Assembly (NCBI GenBank): GCA_026705605.1
Contig: JAPPAK010000005.1
Coordinates: 13,868-77,867, forward strand
DNA from: Chloroflexota bacterium
GTDB lineage: Bacteria; Chloroflexota; Dehalococcoidia; Tepidiformales; Tepidiformaceae
Reading direction: 5' to 3'
Length of the DNA stretch: 64,000 bases
Below are positions 27,447 to 35,217 of this stretch, piece after piece (within the stretch, counting starts at the first letter, position 1; each line of letters begins with the position of its first letter). Below the pieces are notes generated by a model, which searched no databases, had not been told where the DNA came from, and worked only from the letters and a program-made list of their open reading frames with translations. The position numbers and the translations under genes were made by a program.

Positions 27447-30170
27447 CTACCGATCCCACTTGAGGTCCTCTATTTCTTCTTCCAGCCAACTGAAAGCGAG
27501 GGTTGTTGCAGGCCGTGGTTGAAACAGCAGGTGAGAGGCGCTGGTAGACATGGAGAATAACTTTGCTTCCTGTCCAGGTTTTCCGCGCAGGGCAGTATAT
27601 TTTTCACTCTCTTCCAGGAAGTAATCTTCGCCAGCCCACCCTTCCTCTACGGTTTCGCCCATCTCGATCTCTGCTGAAGAATCTGCTCTTTCAGGCAGAA
27701 TTCTCGGTTGCCACATGACTGCGGGGTGGACGTGGGGCTCATCGCGATCCTCGGGGAACACCAGGACCCCGGTTATCTTGACGGGAAGCAGCGAGTACAG
27801 CCCGAAGTGATGCGCCATGGGTTCGAACCACTCTTCAACGACTTCCCTGTAGATTCGGAGCGCGGCGCTAAGGATCGCGTTGGTCCGCGAGAGCAGTTGC
27901 CCGTCGCTGTACGTCTTCCAGATCGGTCCTGATCTGAACTGGCCATCCCGTTCGGGCCACGGCGGCGGGACCACCTCCCGGCCCTGCTGCAGGTGCGCGG
28001 TCCAGTGGTCTCTGACGGCGGTGAGCTCTGCCCTGGAATACGACACGCCGCCAAGGCCCAGCATCTCGACTCCTTCATAGGCCTCGAGTCCTTCGATGAC
28101 GTCCCTGCTGGAAAGCTCCTGTGTGGCGACGGTTCGGCTTCCCAGGACCGTTGCCCCCAGTTCCCAGCTGAGCTCCCGGACTGCATCAGCCGAGTGAAGA
28201 CGGAGTTCGTACCCCTCCAATGCCCTGGCAAGCTCACGCCCCAGGTCTTCCTTGGTCAGGAGCCAGCTCCAGAGATCCGTGTTCGGGACGCTGCGGCCGC
28301 TGAAGGTCCAATCGCGAAGAGGCTGACTGTCAGCCGTTGCCGGGCTCACCAGTTCGGAGGGCTCCCTCTCGGCCGGCCCACGGTACCAGTGGGTCGTGAC
28401 CCAGTGACCGTTCACCCCGACCCGTAGGGGGCGCCGGGTTCCCCCGAGGGTGACAGGACCCACCAGGCGGAACAGGCCCCCCAGGCCCTTCTCCCAGGCA
28501 TCCAGGGCCGTACCGATCGCCCGCCCGGCAGCCATGGGGCTCCGCAGCGAAGGGACCGTCTCCTCATCTTCGTGGTCGTCCAGATACCACCGATCGCCAA
28601 CCGCCTCCTGGATAAGCATGCTGGTGAATCCGGGATCGGCCGCCGCGAGATGCTGCAGGAGGTCGCTGACGAATGTCCCGCTGCCGGCGTGCAGGGCGAT
28701 CGCGAGGGGAACGAGCCAGCGGTCGACCGGCCGGTTGAAGGAACCGATGGGGACCGTGCCTTCGACGACGGCCCTGGAGGCGTACCAGTCACGAAAGACC
28801 GGGAGCGCGAAGTCAACGGTGCCGCCCGTCTCAACGACGATCCTGGATCGCAGCAACAGGTTGTGCTGGGACAGTCGACTGTCGAGTTCCACGAGCGGCA
28901 CGCTGGCCCCTCGTTCGACGGCGAGGGCGGCGAGGGTGTGGAGGAGGCGGTCGAGGTCGCCGCTGGGGTCGGGCAACTCCCTGCGGGCGTCGGCGATCAC
29001 CTCCTCGATAAGCCGCCGCCTCGACGAGAACAGCAGATCGGGCTGTGTTCGGAGCCTGACCCCGAAAATGACGGCGCACAGGGGGTTGCGAGCCGCCTCC
29101 CGCATCGAAGTTGACCACTGGTAGGTGTGGCGGGGTTCCAGGTCCAGGCCGGAAAGGCGACACAGCAGCGAAAGCAGCTCCTCGTCGCTGAGTTCGGGCA
29201 TCGACCGGGGGCTGGCGGTGGAGGACAGTCCCGCAAGGGATCGGGACGTGAAGAGGATGGTGGCCTTCGGGTTGGCGTCGACGTACGCCAGTGCCTCCTG
29301 CACCAGGCCATTGGCTTCCCTGGTGCCTCGTTCGTCGAGCCCGTCAACGATGAGCAGCACGCCCTGGACGTAGGGGTCGGCATACCCCTGGCAGGCCTGC
29401 GCAATGTAGTTCGAAAGGGAGGTGGTCACCTCCCTGGCGCTGGCGAAGAGGGGGAAGGGGTGGGAAGGGTCCTCGAGCGCCTGGAGGATCGCAGTCTGAT
29501 AGAGCCTCTCGGCTGCCAGCGTCTTTCCCGCGCCAAGTTCTCCCGTGACCGTGTGGACGCCGGGCGGGGGATACGCCAGCACATTGCCGACAGCCGCATC
29601 GGCAGCGAGGGCGCTCGCGACGTCCTCGGGCACACCCAGCGAGCGCCACGCCGCGCTGCAGCTGGAGAGCGACAGGGCGTGACGTTCCCGCAGCGTCTTC
29701 CCACGAGACACGTACCCGGGACGGCGTACGGAACGGACGAGTTCGTCGGACAGTGCAGCGCGTATCGCCTCGCGCAGGTGGGAGACATCGTCCACGTCCT
29801 GCCACTTGGCAACCCCGCTGACGGTGTCCAGAAGACGGAGCGTCTCTTCCGTTCGTTCCTCACTGGGCAACCTGAACACCAGCAACCGCCCCTGGGAAGC
29901 AATGCACTGGGTCACTTCGTTGGCGACGGGCTGGGTCGTCTCCCGGCCGACAAGCCAGATGACGAAGTCCGCTTCGGCAACCTTGCGAAGGTAGCCGTCC
30001 TCGGCCGTCTCGGAGCTCGCGGGGGTGTATTCGAACGCCCAGGGATGCCCGAAGTCGAGGGACTGAATTGCCAGGGTGGTCGTCTCCCGAGCAGGATCAA
30101 AGGCGGGCGCCATCACACTGCTGACGAATACCAGGAGGTCGGACTCGCTGCGGTGGAGAGGTCGTGGCAC
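27447..30170 (-). CDS. STAND NTPase: DUF4062/TIR-like N-terminal domain + NACHT module + long uncharacterised C-terminal region
   Basis: 907-aa ORF. The N-terminus reads LLVFVSSVMAP...ADFVIWLVGRETT...GRLLVFRL. The P-loop is TGELGAGKTLAAERLYQ and Walker B is GVLLIVDGLDERG. About 500 aa of the C-terminus has no recognisable repeats. Confidence 0.8.
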   Translation of the reverse strand: MPRPLHRSESDLLVFVSSVMAPAFDPARETTTLAIQSLDFGHPWAFEYTPASSETAEDGYLRKVAEADFVIWLVGRETTQPVANEVTQCIASQGRLLVFRLPSEERTEETLRLLDTVSGVAKWQDVDDVSHLREAIRAALSDELVRSVRRPGYVSRGKTLRERHALSLSSCSAAWRSLGVPEDVASALAADAAVGNVLAYPPPGVHTVTGELGAGKTLAAERLYQTAILQALEDPSHPFPLFASAREVTTSLSNYIAQACQGYADPYVQGVLLIVDGLDERGTREANGLVQEALAYVDANPKATILFTSRSLAGLSSTASPRSMPELSDEELLSLLCRLSGLDLEPRHTYQWSTSMREAARNPLCAVIFGVRLRTQPDLLFSSRRRLIEEVIADARRELPDPSGDLDRLLHTLAALAVERGASVPLVELDSRLSQHNLLLRSRIVVETGGTVDFALPVFRDWYASRAVVEGTVPIGSFNRPVDRWLVPLAIALHAGSGTFVSDLLQHLAAADPGFTSMLIQEAVGDRWYLDDHEDEETVPSLRSPMAAGRAIGTALDAWEKGLGGLFRLVGPVTLGGTRRPLRVGVNGHWVTTHWYRGPAEREPSELVSPATADSQPLRDWTFSGRSVPNTDLWSWLLTKEDLGRELARALEGYELRLHSADAVRELSWELGATVLGSRTVATQELSSRDVIEGLEAYEGVEMLGLGGVSYSRAELTAVRDHWTAHLQQGREVVPPPWPERDGQFRSGPIWKTYSDGQLLSRTNAILSAALRIYREVVEEWFEPMAHHFGLYSLLPVKITGVLVFPEDRDEPHVHPAVMWQPRILPERADSSAEIEMGETVEEGWAGEDYFLEESEKYTALRGKPGQEAKLFSMSTSASHLLFQPRPATTLAFSWLEEEIEDLKWDR

Positions 30171-30519
30171 GCTACGCGGCTCCGATGCGATCGTAGGGAG
30201 ATCGGTGTCCGCGGTGACCGATCAAGGGTTCCTCTCCCTCCGAACCAGGGGATGAGGACTTCCCTCACAGCCTTCGCCCGACCCGGTGTGTGCTCGTCCG
30301 CCCTGGCTTTGAGCGTGCGCGGGCTATTGGTCGGAGCGGGACACGCCTTCAGCATACCCGGCTGGAAGGCCACAGGAGATCTGTCGACGCTTTCTGTCGC
30401 CCTTCACGGGCCCGCGCGGGCGGCACCTCCCGCCGCGCCGCCGGCCAGGCACCGTTCCGGCTCGTCCGTGCAGGGTTCAGACCCTCTTGCGACACTGCGC
30501 CCTGGCGAGCGAACAGGCC

Positions 30520-31485
30520 CTAGTTCCCTAGTCCCGGAACCGCGTAACTTAGGTCTTCAGCGATTCGTTCGAGTTCATCCACGTCGAATGCCCCTGACCA
30601 GAGGGGCAGGAGAACGCTAGACTTGGATGACAACAGGTGGCCTACGAGCAATATCTCGGGCTGGTTCAGGAAGACGCTGCCTACTCGGTTGTCACGGCGT
30701 TGGCGCAAGCGCTCAGGCAGCCAAGATCGGCTCGATTCAGCCCACTCGACTGCCTTGCCGCTGATGGCGTCTGCATCGAGCCCTGGGAAGGCTGGGAAGA
30801 GCGTCTCAATGACTTCTTGACTGAGGACGCGATCGTAGGAACCCCCTCCGAGACTCAGGAACGTGCCCTCGACCTCCGAGAGTACTCGAAGCGGCTCATA
30901 GTTAGGGTCCTTGATGATCTCCTGGAATATCTCCTCATACCTCATATCGGCGAGTTCCAATACCGCGGCAAGGGCTGCCAAAGATCGTCCGTGTAGGTAC
31001 GGGGTTTCTCTCACTCCTTTGTAGGAAAGGAAGTGGGACATATTCGCCCAAGCATCTTCAGTTACAGTGCGAACTTGCAGTTCGCACTCCAGATCGGAAA
31101 ATTCAGGACTTCCTCCCCGACCAGTGAGTTGGATATGAACAGACCTGTATGAAAATGTATCAACGTCAAGTGCTTTCCTCTTGTCGTCTACTACACCGCC
31201 AAAATTTTCATGCAGCGCACGCACGGCCCGATCTACATCTGAGGGAACACGTACAACAACACGAACACCAACCTTGTCCGTGACCTGCGAGTACGCGCCG
31301 TACCCCTTGCGGAGCACCTTCTTGGCAATGCTGTCTGGATCTTTGATGCGGAGTGAAACCCTCTCAGCTGCGATTCGCTCAGTTTGAAGAACCGTGTTGA
31401 CGTCAGCTTCGATGGCCTGACCGTACTCTCGATGCCGCGGTTCTTCCACTTCCCACTTGGCTAAAGCTTCGCTCGCAACGGACAT
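30520..31485 (-). CDS. RelA/SpoT-domain nucleotide pyrophosphokinase (small alarmone synthetase / toxSAS-like) with private C-terminal extension
   Basis: ORF 30520..31545. The start is set at ATG 31485, 1 nt after the upstream stop. Synthetase motifs are RIKDPDSIAKK, DKVGVRVVV, YRSVHIQL and ELQVRTVTEDAWANMSH. There are no HD, TGS or ACT regions. Confidence 0.85.
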   Translation of the reverse strand: MSVASEALAKWEVEEPRHREYGQAIEADVNTVLQTERIAAERVSLRIKDPDSIAKKVLRKGYGAYSQVTDKVGVRVVVRVPSDVDRAVRALHENFGGVVDDKRKALDVDTFSYRSVHIQLTGRGGSPEFSDLECELQVRTVTEDAWANMSHFLSYKGVRETPYLHGRSLAALAAVLELADMRYEEIFQEIIKDPNYEPLRVLSEVEGTFLSLGGGSYDRVLSQEVIETLFPAFPGLDADAISGKAVEWAESSRSWLPERLRQRRDNRVGSVFLNQPEILLVGHLLSSKSSVLLPLWSGAFDVDELERIAEDLSYAVPGLGN

Positions 31486-31486
31486 A

Positions 31487-32518
31487 CTAGCCGACTCTAA
31501 ATTCGTCGCGCACGGTGACATTAACTTCTGAGCTAGATGCGTCAAGGTCCCCGACTGTTACCCGATTAACCCATTCGGATGGTGGTCCTGCAATCATCAT
31601 CCCATTGGCTCCTATCATTCTGAGCCTTGAGACGGTGGGTCCAACTAGGGCGTTGTCCTTCTCAAACTGCGGTGGAGCGCCTTTCTCGTCTAGTGCCGCA
31701 TCGAGCAATGGAATCTCTTCTGTCTCCAGATAAGCCTGAGCGAACTGAGAAGGCGTGATTGTAGCTTTGCGCGAGTTTAGCTCACTGGCAAGATCCAAGC
31801 GAAGCTCGGTCTGGCGCTTCGGATCAGAAATCTCGCTGATGACACTCTCCACTGCTTCGACAAATCGCTTGGTGGCTTCTCTGGAATCTATGGCAGGTTC
31901 TGCCCCGAGGAACGCGTGGATGAAGAAGCGAGCAGCAGCCCTCCTTGCATTGAAGCCTCTCTGACGATCAGCGACCTCCAGGACATAGCCGTCAGCGCTA
32001 CGCAGCACGAAAGCTTGTTTGTGCAGTCTGGTTCGTGTGGAGAGGATGAGATCCCGCACGTGTTCGAGCTCGACTATGCGGGTGCCATCGGGAAGCTCCT
32101 TCCGGTCGATCCTCACGCCCTGTTCGTGCTCGAGCTTCAGGAAGATGAGGGCTGGGATGCGGCTATGCTGACCAAGAGCTACTGCCAGCAGCCCTCCTGA
32201 GCTAGAGCCAGGCTGGACGCTGGCGAGATGGAGAGCCGCTTCCCGAGACGCAGTCAAGAGACTGTCCGGATCGGTTTCCAGAACATCGACGCAGAGCTGG
32301 GGTACTGGCGACTCGCTGCCACTGGAGAATTGAGCCCGGAAGGACTCCTCCGATGCGGCCACGCTGATGATTCGCTGCTCGAAGAACTCTGCGAGATCGG
32401 GCGTGAGTTCGCTCAGTTGGTCCGTGAGAATCACAGACGCCCCGGCACCAGGAACTCCTTTACGGATCTCGTGGACCACCATCTGATGTACGGCCAAGCC
32501 ATGAAGGTCAAGGGGCAT
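31487..32518 (-). CDS. NdpA/YejK-like nucleoid-associated protein family (NA37) member
   Basis: 343-aa ATG ORF. The N-terminus LHGLAVHQMVVHEIRK, central GGLLAVALG...ALIFLKLEHE and FFIHAFLGAEPAIDSREATKRF resemble E. coli YejK blocks (INQIALHQLIKRD.., ..FFMDFLGASEG..). Recognised by eye, not by search. Confidence 0.65.
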   Translation of the reverse strand: MPLDLHGLAVHQMVVHEIRKGVPGAGASVILTDQLSELTPDLAEFFEQRIISVAASEESFRAQFSSGSESPVPQLCVDVLETDPDSLLTASREAALHLASVQPGSSSGGLLAVALGQHSRIPALIFLKLEHEQGVRIDRKELPDGTRIVELEHVRDLILSTRTRLHKQAFVLRSADGYVLEVADRQRGFNARRAAARFFIHAFLGAEPAIDSREATKRFVEAVESVISEISDPKRQTELRLDLASELNSRKATITPSQFAQAYLETEEIPLLDAALDEKGAPPQFEKDNALVGPTVSRLRMIGANGMMIAGPPSEWVNRVTVGDLDASSSEVNVTVRDEFRVG

Positions 32519-32751
32519 AAGCGATCGTGCAGGAATGTGATGTCACCCTATCACAGGCGCACTCTTCCAGCAGGAAGGGCAGGAGGCGGTGATGGTGCTC
32601 GAGGTGGCAGCCGGGCTTGCGTAGGGATGTCCTCCCGGAGGAAGGTCAGCACCGCGGTAGGGCTGCTGCTCACTCTCCGATCGGGGTCGCAGTATTCCTA
32701 CGATCACCTTCAAGTGCTGGCACACAAGAACGCTCGACATATAGGTAGCCG

Positions 32752-32786
32752 GGGAGGCCATCGCCACGCGACTGCGATGGCCTCCC
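32752..32786 (-). terminator. Perfect 13-bp-stem hairpin just downstream of the SNF2 gene stop
   Basis: gggaggccatcgc-cacgcgact-gcgatggcctccc. It lies 15 nt after the stop codon at 32801-32803 on the minus strand. There is no clear U-tract, so it may be an I-shaped terminator or a stability element. Confidence 0.5.
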
Positions 32787-32800
32787 TTCTGCCCGCCAGC

Positions 32801-35056
32801 CTAGCCCCCTGCCCCAGTCAGCTCGGCCTCCCGCTCCCGCTCGAGCGCCCACTCGAACAGCGAGAGCGTTGGGGCTTCGTGCCGACGCTGGCCCTTCGGC
32901 TCGCCCGACTCCCCGGCCATAAACTCCGCCCACGAGAACAGCAACCGCTGCGGCTCCGAGTGCACGGCGTCCGTGACACTCTCGCTAGGCACTGCGGCTG
33001 CGGCCGCAACCAGATCTGGCTGGGGCCCGCGCCACTCCTCGTCGACCAGCAGCGCCTCGGCTTCCGCCGCGACCTGCTGGGCCTGGGCGAAGACCGACTC
33101 GACCGAGCCTGTGTCCTCCTCGCCCGCGACGATCTTGCGCGCCAGGGTGAGCATCAGGTCGTCACCCTCGTCCCCGTGGGCGGCGAGGCCGTCCTCCGGT
33201 AGCTCACCCTCCACAGCCAGCGACGACTGGAGCTTCTGCGCCACCAGCTTGAGGGCGTCGGCCTGCAGGGTGTTCCGGTAGGCCATGAAGACGACCTGGA
33301 CGGGCTCGGTCTGGCCGATGCGCCAGGAGCGCCGTGACGCCTGCCGCATGGTGTAGACGGAGTAGTCCGTCTCGTACCAGCAGATCGTCGGGAACTCCAC
33401 GAGGTCCAGCCCCGTCTGCACGAGCCGCGGGTGGCAGACGAGCACGTCGACGCCCTCCTCGACGCGCTTCGCCACCCATGCCTCGCGGCGCTCGGGCGGG
33501 ACCGCGTCGGCCTTCATGACCGCGACCTTGAAACCGTGGCGGGAAAGGAACTCCTCCATGCGCCCGGTGATGTCGCGCGTGCCCGTGTGGGTCGCGTAGA
33601 CCAGCACCCGGCGCCCCGCCAGCCGCTCGGCGGCGACGAGGTCGACGAGCGCCCGCTCCTTCGGGTAGAGCCGCTCCTCGGAGAGGGGCGGCACCTGCAC
33701 GAGCACGTCCTCCGTTTCCGGGTCGAAGACCGTCTCGCCGCGCGTGCAGCCGTCAGGGTAGGCCAGCAGCGTCTGCAGGTACGTGGCGAGGAGACGCTTC
33801 GAACCCTTCGCGAGGAGCTCCGTCAGCGCCTTCCGCAGCGTCCCGAAGAGCTCGTCGTAGGCGCTCCGCTGGGAGAGCCCGGTGCCGTCCTCCTCGGTCT
33901 CCATGTCCGAGAGGAGCACCCGCTCCTCGTAGGGCGGCAGCCCGGCGGCGACGTCGGAGAGCCTGAGAAAGACGGAGTTGCCGATGAGGTGGAAGAGCGC
34001 CGCGGGGGCGAGCCCCGGGCGCTCCCGGATGACCTTGCGGTACTTCCGCCGGCGGCTCGTGCGGCCGTCCTCGAGGGACTCGCCGTCGTCACGCCCGATC
34101 GTGTGCTCGACGAAGCCGTAGCGCTCGATCCAGCGGCTTTCCTCCCCCCGCCCGAACTCCCCCCGGATCTCCGGCGAGAACCGGTAGAGCAGGTGGAAGA
34201 GCGTGGAGGAATACCCTCCCATCAAGGTGCCGCTCAGGGAGAGCGACTTGCCGCAGGCGTCGGCGAGGATGCCGGCGGCGATGCCCTGGGCAGAGCCTCT
34301 TCCCTTGTACTCGTGGACCTCGTCACTCACCAGCAGGTCGAAGAAGCCCCGCAGGTGGTGCTTCACGTAGTCGGCGAGGGGGTAGCGCTTCGGACCAGAC
34401 TTGTCCGCCTTCCACAGTGCGGAGCCGCACTCGTCGCAGGCGCGCTTCCTGCGGGCGAGGTCCTTCTGCGTGAGGGGCAGCCCGTCCTTGTCCACGATCG
34501 GCTCGAAGCAGTCCGGGCAGCACGGTACCCGGAACGGCTCCAGCGTCTCCTCATGGCGGACGAGCCTGCCGTCCGCCGTAGCCCAGCGCTCGACGACGGC
34601 CGGCAGCCAGCGGTAGGAGAGCTTCGCGCGCTCACGCGACATGACCGCGAAGAGCGGTCCCGTCCCGTGGGACAGGCGCAGCTTCTCGAGGTCGGTCATG
34701 GAGGCGACGACGGCGGCGCGGGCGTCGGGCACCGTCTCCTCGACCTCGCGCTTCCACTTGCGGGTGAGGTGTGGCGGGCAGAGGACGAGGATGCGGCGGA
34801 AGCCGGCCAGGTGGGCGGCGGAGGCTGCGATGAAGGTTTTCCCCGTCCCCATCTCCCCAACGACGGTGGTGCCGCGGTGTTCCTCGAGGGAGAGGGCGGC
34901 GCCGCGGATGGCGTCCGCCTGCGCCCCCAGCGGCATCCGCAAGAGTTGCGGAAGGGGCCGTCGATTCTCGGAGGGCCGGTAGCGGGGCGGGTAGGACTCC
35001 ACCACCCGCTGGGCGATGGCGTCGCGGTAGGTGTCGATGAACTCTGCGAGGTCCAT
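32801..35056 (-). CDS. SNF2-family helicase with inserted zinc ribbon
   Basis: ORF 32801..35650, but the first ~198 aa are R/P/G-rich. The start is set at ATG 35056, preceded by AAAGGAA. Motifs are VGEMGTGKTFIA, LVSDEVHEYKG (DExH), RRVLVYATHTGTRD and ASRRSWRIGQTEPVQVVFM. The zinc ribbon is CCPDCFEP...CDECGSALW. Confidence 0.85.
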   Translation of the reverse strand: MDLAEFIDTYRDAIAQRVVESYPPRYRPSENRRPLPQLLRMPLGAQADAIRGAALSLEEHRGTTVVGEMGTGKTFIAASAAHLAGFRRILVLCPPHLTRKWKREVEETVPDARAAVVASMTDLEKLRLSHGTGPLFAVMSRERAKLSYRWLPAVVERWATADGRLVRHEETLEPFRVPCCPDCFEPIVDKDGLPLTQKDLARRKRACDECGSALWKADKSGPKRYPLADYVKHHLRGFFDLLVSDEVHEYKGRGSAQGIAAGILADACGKSLSLSGTLMGGYSSTLFHLLYRFSPEIRGEFGRGEESRWIERYGFVEHTIGRDDGESLEDGRTSRRRKYRKVIRERPGLAPAALFHLIGNSVFLRLSDVAAGLPPYEERVLLSDMETEEDGTGLSQRSAYDELFGTLRKALTELLAKGSKRLLATYLQTLLAYPDGCTRGETVFDPETEDVLVQVPPLSEERLYPKERALVDLVAAERLAGRRVLVYATHTGTRDITGRMEEFLSRHGFKVAVMKADAVPPERREAWVAKRVEEGVDVLVCHPRLVQTGLDLVEFPTICWYETDYSVYTMRQASRRSWRIGQTEPVQVVFMAYRNTLQADALKLVAQKLQSSLAVEGELPEDGLAAHGDEGDDLMLTLARKIVAGEEDTGSVESVFAQAQQVAAEAEALLVDEEWRGPQPDLVAAAAAVPSESVTDAVHSEPQRLLFSWAEFMAGESGEPKGQRRHEAPTLSLFEWALEREREAELTGAGG

Positions 35057-35217
35057 GGTTCCGTTCCTTTCGTGTTGCTGTAGGGTTCGCGGGCGGCCAC
35101 CCGTGCGGCCGTCCATGTGAAGCGAGGCCCCGCCTACCGATGGGTGGCAGGCGGGGCCTCGTGCTTGCGGATCGGCGTCGACCCGTCGAGCCGCCAGATG
35201 GAGGCGGCTGGAAGAAA

